Shown here: positions 25,132 to 36,387 of the stretch, one piece after another
How positions within the stretch are numbered: the first letter of the stretch is position 1
Layout: each line of letters opens with the position of its first letter
From: Macrostomum lignano
Taxonomy: Eukaryota
NCBI GenBank assembly: GCA_002269645.1
Contig: NIVC01000076.1
Coordinates: 62,001 to 126,000 of the forward strand
DNA: 64,000 nt
Reading direction: 5' to 3'
The notes under the pieces: model-generated
The model's database searches: none
Told to the model about the DNA's origin: nothing
Seen by the model: the letters and a program-made list of their open reading frames with translations, nothing else
Translations under genes and position numbers: made by a program

Positions 25132-28100
25132 ATGTCTGATCAAGCGTCTCACAGTAGACAACGCGAAGCTGCGGCCGCCGCCGCCGCCGCTCGCATTGCC
25201 AGCAGCGACGAGGACGACGCCAGCTCGAATGGCGACGATGAGGACAGTCTGGACTTTGATCCGTCTTATTATGACAACACGGACGAGGATATGCTAGATG
25301 GAGCCAGCGCCGACTGTCGCTCGCAACCTCAGCATCAGGAATATGAGACTCTATCTGTGCCGCAGGTTGAGCAGCTGCTCAACGAAGCCGTTGAAGCCGC
25401 CTGCTCAGCTCTGGAGCTTCGTCCTGCCACAGCCAGGCGATTATTAATTGCCTATAATTGGAATTTGGCCGCTTTGGAAACCGAATGGCGTCGGGATCGG
25501 CGCGCGGTGATGCAGAAGGCGCGGATTTTGCCGCCAGATCCCTGCGTGTCCGGTGCTCAGCGTCCGCCGCTGGGGGCGCCGATGCCTAAGCCACAGGTAG
25601 ACTAATATCGATTACATTGTGCGCGTTGGGGGGATATAATCATAAAAATCTACAGGGGGCTGTGGTGCACCCTGGTGCGCAATGCTTTCGGTGACTTCAT
25701 CCCGCAACACCAGCGCTGAAGCAGATCTGCCTATTCTGCTGACTTCTGAGCATATACAAGCCTGTCAATACTGTACGCAGGATTACACAGGATTTGCAGC
25801 GGCTCTGACCTTCTAATCGCTAGCCGTGATGCCATTTACGAAAATCATTAAATCAAGAATGGCATGGTAGATACAGTAGGTATTGCTATGGGTAGATACA
25901 ATAGGTATTGCTATGGGTAGATACAGTAGGTATTGCTATAGGTAGATACAGTAGGTATTTCTATGGGTAGATACAGTAGGTATTGCTATGGGTAGATACA
26001 GTAGGTATTTCTATGGGTAGATACAGTAGGTATTGCTATGGGTAGATAAAGTAGGTATTGCTATTGGTAGAAAAAGTAAGGTATTGCTATTGGTAGATAC
26101 AGTAGGTATTGCTATGGGTAGATGCAGTTGGTATTGCTATAGGTAGATACAATAGGTATTGTTATGGGTAGATACAGTAGGTATTGCTATAGGTAGATAC
26201 AGTAGGTATTTCTATGGGTAGATACAGTAGGTATTGCTATGGGTAGATACTAGTAGGTATTTGCTATTGGGTAGATACAGTAGGTATTGCTATAGGTAGA
26301 TAGATACAGTACTATAGTAGGTATTGTTATAGATAGGGTATACAGTAGGTATTGCTATAGGTAGATACAAGTAGGTATTGCTATGGGTAGGAAATAGCAG
26401 GTATTGCTATGGGTAGATATAGTAGGGTATTGCTGAGTAGATAAAGTAGGTATTGCTCTAGGAGGATATAGTAGGTATTCTTATTGGTAACTATAAATAT
26501 ATATGGCTATGGTAGACAGTAATAATTATGGTAAATAGAGAAGCTGAAAAGGCATAGACAGGACAGGCTCTTACTCTTAATGCTGTGATAGACAGCTTTA
26601 TATAGTCTTGATATAAAATGAATGAATTAATTACGTTAGTAAAAAGCTACATACCCTAATGCCAAATTCGCTTCTTAATGCAGGTAATGCAGCCAGGCAT
26701 AGCCTGCCAAATCTGCTGCCTACCAACCAGCCCAAACGTGACAGTCAAAGGCTTAGCCTGCGGTCATGTTTTCTGCACAGACTGCTGGCAGGCCTACGTA
26801 GCCACCCAGCTGCAGGCTAGCAAAGCCGATGTACAGTGCATGGAGCGGGACTGCGCACTGCTGGCCACTGACGATCTAGTTCTAGCCTGCCTGACCGATC
26901 CGGCTGTAAGGCGAAGATTTCACGAGGTTTCATTCCGAGCCCAGATTAGTTCGCATCCTCAGCTGGCCTTCTGCACTCGGTCGGATTGCACCGGCGTGCT
27001 GAGGGCTAAACAGCGGGACGCCAGGCTGGTTGTGTGCGCCCAGTGCAAGTCGGCGTTCTGCTTCGCCTGCGGCTTGGATTACCATGCTCCGACTGATTGC
27101 GCTCTGATTAAACGGTGGCTGTTGAAGTGCAGAGACGATTCGGAGACTGCTAATTATATAAGCGCGCATACTAAGGTGAGACTTGCTGACAGGCGGACAG
27201 ACATACACTGCAACAGCAGACAGACACTGCAACAGCAGACAGACACTGCAACAGCAGACATACACTGCAACAGCAGACAGACACTGCAACAGCTGACAGA
27301 CACTGCAACAGCTGACAGACACTGCAACAGCTGACAGACACTGCAACAGCAGACATACACTGCAACAGCAGACAGACACTGCAACAGCTGACCGACACTG
27401 CAACAGCTGACAGACACAGCAACAGCAGACATACACTGCAACAGCAGACATACACTGCAACAGCAGACAGACACTGCAACAGCAGACAGACACTGCAACA
27501 GCAGACATACACTGCAACAGCAGACAGACACTGCAACAGCTGACCGACACTGCAACAGCTGACAGACACTGCAACAGCTGACAGACACTGCAACAGCTGA
27601 CAGACACTGCAACAGCTGACAGACACTGCAACAGCTGACAGACACTGCAACAGCTGACAGACACTGCAACAGCTGACAGACACTGCAACAGCTGACCGAC
27701 ACTGCAACAGCTGACAGACACAGCAACAGCAGACATACACTGCAACAGCAGACAGACACTGCAACAGCTGACAGACACTGCAACAGCTGACAGACACTGC
27801 AACAGCTGACCGACACTGCAACAGCAGACATACACTGCAACAGCAGACAGACACTGCAACAGCAGACATACACTGCAACAGCAGACAGACACAGCAACAG
27901 CAGACGTACACTGCAACGGCAGACGTACACTGCAACAGCAGACAGACACTGCAACAGCAGACAGTCAGACACTGCAGACAGACAGACACTGCAACAGCAG
28001 ACAGTCAGACACTGCAGACAGACAGACACGTGCAACAGCAGACAGACACTGCAACAGCTGACCGACACTGCAACAGCTGACAGACACAGCAACAGCAGAC

Positions 28101-31100
28101 ATACACTGCAACAGCAGACAGACACTGCAACAGCTGACCGACACTGCAACAGCTGACAGACACAGCAACAGCAGACGTACACTGCAACGGCAGACGTACA
28201 CTGCAACAGCAGACAGACACTGCAACAGCTGACAGACACTGCAACAGCAGACAGACACTGCAACAGCAGACAGTCAGACACTGCAGACAGACAGACACTG
28301 CAACAGCAGACAGACACTGCAACAGCTGACAGACACTGCAACAGCAGACAGACAGACACTGCAACAGCAGACAGTCAGACACTGCAGACAGACAGACACT
28401 GCAACAGCTGACAGACACTGCAACAGCAGACAGTCAGAAACTGCAGACAGACAGACACTGCAACAGCAGACAGTCAGACACTGCAGACAGACAGACACTG
28501 CAACAGCAGACAGACACTGCAACAGCAGACACTGCAGACAAACTCTGCAACAGCACACAGACACAGCAACTGCAGACACTGCAGACAGACAGACACTGCA
28601 ATAGCAGACAGACACTACAACAGCAGACAGACACTGCAATAGCAGACAGACACTGCAACAGCTGACAGACACTGCAACAGCAGACAGTCAGACACTGCAG
28701 ACAGACAGACACTGCAACAGCAGACAGTCAGACACTGCAGACAGACAGACACTGCAACAGCTGACAGACACTGCAACAGCAGACAGTCAGACACTGCAGA
28801 CAGACAGACACTGCAACAGCAGACAGACACTGCAGACAGACAGACACTGCAACTGCAGACACTGCAGACAGACAGACACTGCAACAGCAGACAGACACTG
28901 CAATAGCCGACAGACACTACAACAGCAGACAGACACTGCAATAGCAGACAGACACTACAACAGCAGACAGACACTGCAATAGCAGACAGACACTACAACA
29001 GCAGACAGACACTGCAATAGCAGACAGACACTACAACAGCAGACAGAGACTGAAACAGCAGACACTGCAACAGCAGACACTGCAGACAGACACTGCAACA
29101 GCAGACAGACACTGCAAAAGCAGACAGACTGCAACAGCAGACACTGCAGAAAGAAAGATACTACAGACAGTCAGATAGACACTTAAAACAAAGAGACAGG
29201 CGGTCAGACAAGATAGGTTCAGTTGGACAGCTAGATATGTACAAAAAAGACAGGTTCAGACAAGACAGACCTTCTATGGTAGTCCACACAGTCCACACAT
29301 AGAAGACAGCAGGTCCAGACAACAGAAAATGCAACTTCAGACAGACAGGTAAGGAAATACCAACAACCAGGTCCAGACATGAAAGACAAACAGACCCAGA
29401 CATAAAAGACAGGCAGGTCCAGACGACAGCAAAGACAACTTCAGACAGACAGATAACCAGATCACAAAAGCCAGCTTGTTTGAATACTGTCGAAACGCAG
29501 TTTTAGAAAGTCTGTAAATGCTGTCATCCTAGTTAGCACCAAAACGAACACTCTAACCTCCCAATCCAGGACTGTCCAAAATGCGGAGTTTGCATCGAAA
29601 AGAACGGCGGCTGCAATCATATGCAGTGCTTCAAGTGCAGATTCGATTTCTGCTGGGTTTGCCTCGGCGACTGGCGTCAGCACGGCAAAGATTTCTACGA
29701 GTGCAGCAAGTACAAAGAGAATCCGTCGATGCTTAGCGAGGCCGCCGCAGGCGCCCAGGCTCGCGAGGCGTTGCGCAAATATCTGCACTATTTCACCCGC
29801 TGGGACAATCACGGCAAGTCGCTGCGATTGGAGGCCGACGCTTTGAAAAAGATTCGCGACCGAATTGAAGAGCGCGTCATGCTGAGCGAGGGCACCTGGA
29901 TTGATTGGCAGTACCTGATTGTGGCGGCTGAGATGCTGCGCCGGTGCCGCTACACCCTGCAGTACACCTACCCGTACGCCTATTTTCTGCCTAAGGGTCA
30001 CGTGCGCAAGGAACTGTTTGAGTATCAGCAGGTGAGTTTAAGTTAAAATAAAGTTTTCTGTACTGTCCATTGAAAACGATACCGTGACAAGAATAGCTGA
30101 AGAATCGTTGCAAACAATTGTCTAGTGACTCTAGCGACTCTGGATTCTGGAACGACTCAAAACGCGTCAAATGCGACAGAGAGGCTGAATCGTAGAGTCG
30201 CAGAATCGTAAAAGAGTCACGGTAGATTCGTCCAAGAATCTCTGTGTTGGCGCTTAACTTTCACCGGGGATGTGACTCTAATTTCATCAAGCAACGCAAA
30301 TGCGCCTCAAGCACAACTTTGTGACTAGAGTGGTTTCAGAGTCGCAGACAATAAAACGCTTTAAAGTGACTCTTAGGTGACTCTTTGACGACTTTATGGC
30401 GACCTGTACCGTGACATCTCGTAGTTTTAGAGTCTTCTAGAGTCACTTCTTTTCTATTTTACCTGAGTTTCCTGAGTTACCTGCAACGACTGAAACGACT
30501 TTGGGCCGAGGCAAGGGACCTTTTTGGCCTAGGTACCATGGAAGTCATGTTGCCAATGACTTTTCAACTTTACTTGTTGCCATTCTGAAGTTGGACCCAG
30601 GATGCCAAATTAAAATTGGAGTAATCTGTAAATATGGAGTCTGCAGAATTCTTTGACTAGCTGGCATCCTGGTTTTCAATTTGGCACTACAATTGCGATG
30701 CCCAGTGGTTAGAGCGTCGGACTCACGACTGAAAAGTCGGGGGTTCGATTCTCGGTCCACTCGGAACAATTTGGGTCCTTGAGCAAGGCACTTAACTCTG
30801 CATTGCTTCAGTTCACCCAGCTGTAAAATGGGTGCCAGCATTAGTTGGGGTAATTGAGGGTGTGTGGCAACCCCCAGTCCTTGGACTGAACAGCCGTACG
30901 CAGCCTTCAGATGCGCCGCGCAATAGCTGTGGCTGAGCTGTCGGTTGCACATCTGCCCATTATAGGTGTAAGTGTAATCAGTTATTATTATTATTATATG
31001 TGATGCTTAAAAAACCCTGGCTTATCAATTTTACACTTGATAGCAACACGATTGAAGAGAATAAAGTTTAATATAGAGAACGGAAAGGTAGAATGTCTAG

Positions 31101-31428
31101 CAATAGCACAAGGACGTATTAGACTAGTATAAGAGTCGTTTGAATTTTAAAAAAAGTTAAATGAGTCGCGTAGAGTCTTGTTGGGAGACAGTTTTTGTAG
31201 CATTTTTAGTATCTAATATATTTTCTACTAACAGTAGTGTTAAGGGCAAAAGCGTTTGACTCTAACCATTTCTGTGTTCAACAGGCTATGCTGGAGAAAG
31301 CTGTCGAAGATCTGTCCTTCCTTATCGAGCGGGCCGATCTGTCGGATCGGTCCCATCGGGGCCAGGTTGAAAACCAGATGTTCCACTGCGAGAAGATGCG
31401 CGAATTCCTTGTTAAGGAGTTTCACTGA
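25132..31428 (+). CDS. ARIH2: E3 ubiquitin ligase ariadne-2 (RING1-IBR-RING2-Ariadne); exons 25132-25596, 26684-27175, 29570-30031, 31285-31428; 520 aa
   Basis: Acidic N-terminus; RING1 [15 protein letters not shown]; IBR; [17 protein letters not shown]|[29 protein letters not shown]; [23 protein letters not shown]; LFEYQQ|[16 protein letters not shown]. These match ARIH2/TRIAD1 rather than ARIH1. All three introns are GT-AG, phase 0. Confidence 0.95.
25867..26510. repeat. 25-bp minisatellite in ARIH2 intron 1
   Basis: GTAGATACAGTAGGTATTGCTATGG, ~25 copies, decaying 3'. Confidence 0.95.
27185..29160. repeat. ~19-bp GACA-derived minisatellite filling ARIH2 intron 2
   Basis: GACAGACACTGCAACAGCA / ...CAGCT units over ~2 kb. 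Confidence 0.97.
30100..30538. repeat. GACTC/GAGTC-rich dispersed repeat; partial second copy at ~33005-33125
   Basis: GTGACTCTAG ... CTAGAGTCAC inverted ends. The GGCGACYTGTACC...CTAGAGTCACTTCTTT.CTATTTTACCTG...CCTGCAACGACT segment is shared with 33005-33125. Confidence 0.65.
30696..30997 (+). mobile_element. tRNA-derived SINE with CORE-like central domain and (TTA)n tail, in ARIH2 intron 3
   Basis: Pol III A box TGGTTAGAGCG (30706-30716), B box GGTTCGATTCT (30742-30752), body GTCCTTGAGCAAGGCACTTAAC...CACCCAGCTGTAAAATGGGT, TTATTATTATTAT tail. Confidence 0.8.
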
Positions 31429-31659
31429 CTCATTCACGCAACGACTTTTTTACTTTGCGTTGTTTTCAATTTGTTCAAATTGTTCATGCGTAATAGATCG
31501 GAAATTCCCAGAGTGAGATGGGTATCCTAGGTGGATAGAGGTGAGTGTCCTATGTAGATTTAGGTGGGTGTCCTATGCAGATTTACTCGTATGTGGGTGT
31601 CCTAGTCGGGGTGAGATAGGTGTCCTATGTGGGGTGAAACGGTTGTCTTAGGCGGAGTC

Positions 31660-32148
31660 AGTTGGGTGTTTTAGATGGGGTGGGGATGTGTGTTCTAGCC
31701 AGACTGAGATGGGTAATCAAAAAGGAGTGGGTGGGTGTTCTAGCCAGACTGAGATGGGTAATCAAAAAGGAATGGGGTGAGTGTTCTAGCCAGACTGAGA
31801 TGGGTAATCAAAAAGGAGTGGGTGGGTGTTCTAGCCAGACTCAGATGGCTAACCTGAAAGGAATGAGGTGGGTGTTCTAGCCAGACTCAGATGGCTAACC
31901 TGAAAGGAGTGAGGTGGGTGTTCTAGCCAGACTCAGATGGCTAACCTGAAAGGAGTGAGGTGGGTGTTCTAGCCAGGCTGAGATGGGTAACCTAAAAGGA
32001 GTGAGGTGGGTGTTCTAGCCAGACTGAGATGGGTAACCTAAAAGGAGTGAGGTGGGTGTTCTAGCCAGGCTGAGATGGGTAACCTAAAAGGAGTGAGGTG
32101 GGTGTTCTAGCCAGGCTGAGATGGGTAACCTAAAAGGAGTGAGGTGGG
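31660..32148. repeat. 46-bp tandem repeat just downstream of the ARIH2 stop
   Basis: GTGAGGTGGGTGTTCTAGCCAGACTCAGATGGCTAACCTGAAAGGA, ~10 copies. Confidence 0.93.
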
Positions 32149-33552
32149 CGTGCTATAAAATGGCTTGAATTTATACAAGGTATAGTTTATTAATTCGGGT
32201 TATTTACGGCCACATCTCTGAAGTGTAGTGTTGTAAAGTAAATGTTCAGTTTAAACGACGCCCAAAAAATGTTCTTAAAACAGAATTTTTGCATCTTCTT
32301 GTTAACTAATATTTCTTTCTTTCTATTTTTGTAATCAGTTTTGCTAACTGTCCGTGCTACGTAGTACGGCATGCATGAGCTCTTCTATTGTATGTAAATT
32401 ATTCAGCATGCCAATAATTGGGCATAGCTCCAACTCTGTTAGTTTGTGATAGTGTGTGTCTGCTCTGTTGACTGTTTCTCCCTTAATGAGCATGTCAGAT
32501 ACGCTCGTTAAGTTTTACCTATGCTTGATTGGCCCCATTTTCATTTAATTATTGCAATATGCTCATTAAAATTTATTTGGGTTAATTTGCTACCCGCTTT
32601 TGCCATTAGCCGAGTAATGTTCGCTACTAAATTGTTCGCTTCGTTCAACCGAAATTCCTAATCTGGTTTAATCGCTTCTTTTCTGTAAATTAATCACGCC
32701 CAGGTTTTAAAAAGATAATTGAAGAGCAATCATAATGCTATAATTACAGTTTTATGTACATAGTGCACTGCAATCAATACGAGCGTAGTTACGACTTTCA
32801 GAACTTTATTATGTCCTGTTGTTCGGTTCAGTCTATCGTAATTTATTATTCTGCACCAAGCATGTTTTTTTTCATAAATATTCAGGTGCCGAACTCTGAA
32901 TTTATTATAATTGATTTAATTCTTTTTAATCGAATCTCTAATCATCCTTCATTTTATAAGTTAGATAATCTACGAGTATAAACCATACCCGTTGAAAACT
33001 GTTTGGCGACTTGTACCTTGACATCTCATCGGTTTAGAGTCGTCTAGAGTCACTTCTTTCCTATTTTACCTGTGTAACCTGCAACGACTCTGAAACCACT
33101 CTGGGACGCTTCTTGGTCTAGGTGCCGTTTTCATCGGGATAAATATTACATTGCTTCAAATATTTGTGTCTGTATAATGTCAAAATAATATATACTATTC
33201 TCTAAATATAGTTAGTCTATGCACCGTTTTTGTTTATTATTTGCTTTCCTAGTTCTACTGTGTCATTTTCCTTATTTAAATATATAAGAGTAGATGTTTC
33301 CTACCCTGAATTCAAGCTGTAATTAATTTTTGCTTTTTCACAGTGAATAATAAATGGGATTGGATTTAATATCCGCACTACATTATAATCTGTGCTATCA
33401 GAATGATGTCGAAATTCTGCAAACGAAACTGACTCCTAAAGGCAGGTAATTTTTGCTCAAATTCTTTATCAATAACTTTCTATAGTCATGTATGTCGTGT
33501 CTTCAGTTTATCTAGCTGCCTCCAAACCTCATAATCAGTTCTCTGCTTTAAT

Positions 33553-34195
33553 CAGCACCCTCCGAACTCAACAGCACCCTCGGAACTCAGCAGCAGCACC
33601 CTCCGAACTTAACAGCACCCTCCAACTCAACAGCGCCCTCCGAACTCAACAGCGCCCTCCGAACTCAACAGCGCCCTCCGAACTCAAACACTCAACAGCA
33701 TCCTCCGAACTCAAACACTCAACAGCACCCTCGGAACTCAGAAGCAGCACCCTCCGAACTCAACAGCACCCTCCGAACTCAAACACTCAACAGCACCCTC
33801 GGAACTCAGAAGCAGCGCCCTCCGAACTCAACAGCACCCTCCGAACTCAACAGCGCCCTCCGAACTCAACAGCACCCTCCGAACTCAAACACTCAACAGC
33901 ATCCTCCGAACTCAAACACTCAACAGCACCCTCGGAACTCAGAAGCAGCACCCTCCGAACTCAACAGCACCCTCCGAACTCAAACACTCAACAGCACCCT
34001 CGGAACTCAGAAGCAGCACCCTCCGAACTCAACAGCACCCTCCGAACTTAGCAGCAGCACCCTCCGAACTCAACAGCGCCCTCCGAACTCAAACACTCAA
34101 CAGCACCCTCGGAACTCAGAAGCAGCACCCTCCGAACTCAAACACTCAACAGCACCCTCCGAACTCAACAGCATCCTACAAACTTTCCAGCATCC
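33553..34195. repeat. ~19-bp minisatellite with higher-order structure
   Basis: CAGCACCCTCCGAACTCAA and variants. Confidence 0.95.
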
Positions 34196-34512
34196 TCCCA
34201 CTCATAGCACTCATACATTCTACATAGCACTCATCTTTCAAGCGCATGCAAACCTAAAAAAGACGTTAACGTCTTTGCAATGAAATATTGGCTCTAAATT
34301 AGTTCCTTATAATTTCTATCTTTAATATCTACAGTGTGTACTTGTACGAGTATTTACAAGTACTATTTATTAGTGCCAAGACAGGCAGTCAGACGCACAC
34401 ACTTGCAGACTGTTTGGCCACACCCTATTTTCAGCGTTTGATGCCATAGAAATGTTGGGCCTATATTATACAGATACTAAATATACAACATCAGATAGAA
34501 TGGCATGTAATA

Positions 34513-35016
34513 TTGGTTTTGTCAGCCTAACTGAGAATAAAGCCATCCAAAGTGAGAATCCTGCCTACGCTGACTGCGAAGGGCCTGGCTGCGTGCAGCC
34601 TTAGTCTATGGGCCATAGACTATAAAGGACAAGCAAAGTGATAAAAAGCCATCCAATGTGAGAATCCTGCCTACGCTGAATACGGAGGGCCTAGCTGCGT
34701 CCAGCCTAGTCTATGAGCCATATGAGTCTAGGATTTTAACTCTTTACTTTACTGTACTGTATCATCCAGTGTGTTCCTGTTTCCGTTATTCCGTTCAAGC
34801 TATTGGCTAGTCATATGGCTCAGAAGGTATAAAAATAAAAGAATACGACGCATAGACCAATCGATTCTCACATTAGATGGCTTTTTATCACTTTGCTTGT
34901 CCTTTATTGTCTATGGCCCATAGACTAAGGCTGCACGCAGCCAGGCCCTTCGCAGTCAGCGTAGGCAGGATTCTCACTTTGGATGGCTTTATTCTCAGTT
35001 AGGCTGACAAAACCAA
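34513..35016. mobile_element. MITE, 504 bp, ~154-bp near-perfect TIRs, TA-flanked
   Basis: 34513-34666 is the reverse complement of 34863-35016 with about two mismatches. TA at 34511-12 and 35017-18. The left arm carries an extra internal tandem copy. Confidence 0.88.
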
Positions 35017-35786
35017 TACTAAACAGAGTGAATACGAGTATCTAATAACACGGTAGTGTTTCTTAATCAATTAATCGTACCGGGTTTCCTTTTCCTATGT
35101 AATTTTTTCATTTTATTACATGTAAATCGATAAAATGTATCAACTATTTATGTTAGCAGCTTAGCTGCCATAACAATTTATTGCCCCACATATAGATATA
35201 GTAAGGTTGTAAGGTTGACTGAAGAATCATACAGTTCTAGATAAAGTTTCTGGAAAGGAAACTGACTGTAGCTTCCATATTTTCACGCTTTAAAAGATAG
35301 GGAGGCCAAAAAGCCAGGTGTCCCACCTCTATATAGTGTTATTGAAATAGTTTCTGCGAGCCTAGTTAGTAAATTATAGCTTACTGTGTCAGTTCCAATT
35401 CCATGTAGTCTAGATAGCTAATTTTAAAACACACTGGCTGCATACTTGCCCTTGAAAACGATTTTATAAGAAAAATCGATCTAAGCTTTTGAATTCAACA
35501 CTGCCATTTTAGACAGGAAATTCTAACAAATTTCAGTTTATTTTTTACGAGCTTGCAGGCCAATTCGAGAAGAAAAAAGTGGTTGGGAATGCTACGTGGA
35601 CCGGAACTGACGTGGACTGTGCTCAGTCAGACTTGGTCATCCTTTTCTGTCAGCTTCTCATTGGCGGACGCGCGGAGCTCGGGCTTCTTGTTGAGATCTA
35701 CTTAAATGCCAACCCCTATTGAAATCCTTGCCTTGCTACTTTTATTGTCGGTTTTCTCACGTACGCAGAGTAACAATACGGTTCAA

Positions 35787-36387
35787 TGGTGAGTTTCATT
35801 ATTCTGTTTCGAAATACATTCATTTTTCTAATATGAGTACACAAGATTTACCTATTCGATTTATTTATACGCAGGCAACTCTCAGGACCAGGAGCGTCGC
35901 TGCCGTCGCTGCGATCTGCTGCATTCTCTACCTGGCCTCCGTGATCACCGCTGCGTCCAATGAAGGCGACTCGCAATCGGCCCAGAAGGCCAAACGGCCC
36001 AAGTACAATGAAACTCGATTCAAGGAGGTTATCATCAGGGGCAATGTAGAATGGAATCGCACCAGAAAGGACGACGACATGCGGCCGTCCTATGCTATGC
36101 TGCACGCCCACCTGCAGTGCGGCTCCAACCTGACTAACATTAAAGAATTTGTCAAGTCGATCCTGCAGGAAGAATACTGGCCAAACGTCTACTGGAAGAA
36201 CGGGCAGGACGCCAAGCCAACGCTTTACATATTCACCCAGGAGAAGAAGTACGCGCACCGGATTGATGTGCTGGACAAGTCTTCCGACGAGATCAAGGAT
36301 CTGCTGAGAGGCTACGGATTCAACGGCACTCCCGATCCGCCGGAAGAAGAGGCAGAGGAGGACAAGAATACGAAGACCGAGCTTTGA
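35787..36387 (+). CDS. Sep15/SelM-family thioredoxin-like ER protein, Cys-containing (no Sec); exons 35787-35789 (ATG) and 35875-36387; ~171 aa
   Basis: ATG|GTGAGT donor and TTTATACGCAG acceptor give MATLRTRSVAAVAAICCILYLASVITAAS (signal peptide). IKEFVKS..NVYWKNGQDAKPTLYIF..RIDVLDKSSDEIKDLLRGYGF resembles SelM VKAFV..NLVMKHLPGADPELVLL..RIPLSEMTREEINALVQELGF. C-terminal KTEL. Confidence 0.7.

Noticed and set aside
26930-28974. Many long Cys-rich minus-strand ORFs
   Set aside because: Translations of the intronic 19-bp minisatellite, open in several frames at once.
29462-30001. 179-aa antisense ORF (also 35848-36465, 9687-10016, 42069-42368)
   Set aside because: Antisense shadows of real GC-rich coding sequence.
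30696-30765. tRNA gene
   Set aside because: A and B boxes are present but the acceptor stem is missing and the sequence continues into a SINE body and tail.
33488-34051. 187-aa PTS-rich ORF
   Set aside because: Lies within the 19-bp minisatellite, with no signal peptide or splice support.
35719-35874. 222-aa N-terminally extended SelM-like ORF
   Set aside because: The extension crosses a consensus GTGAGT..CAG intron; the spliced ATG gives a clean signal peptide.
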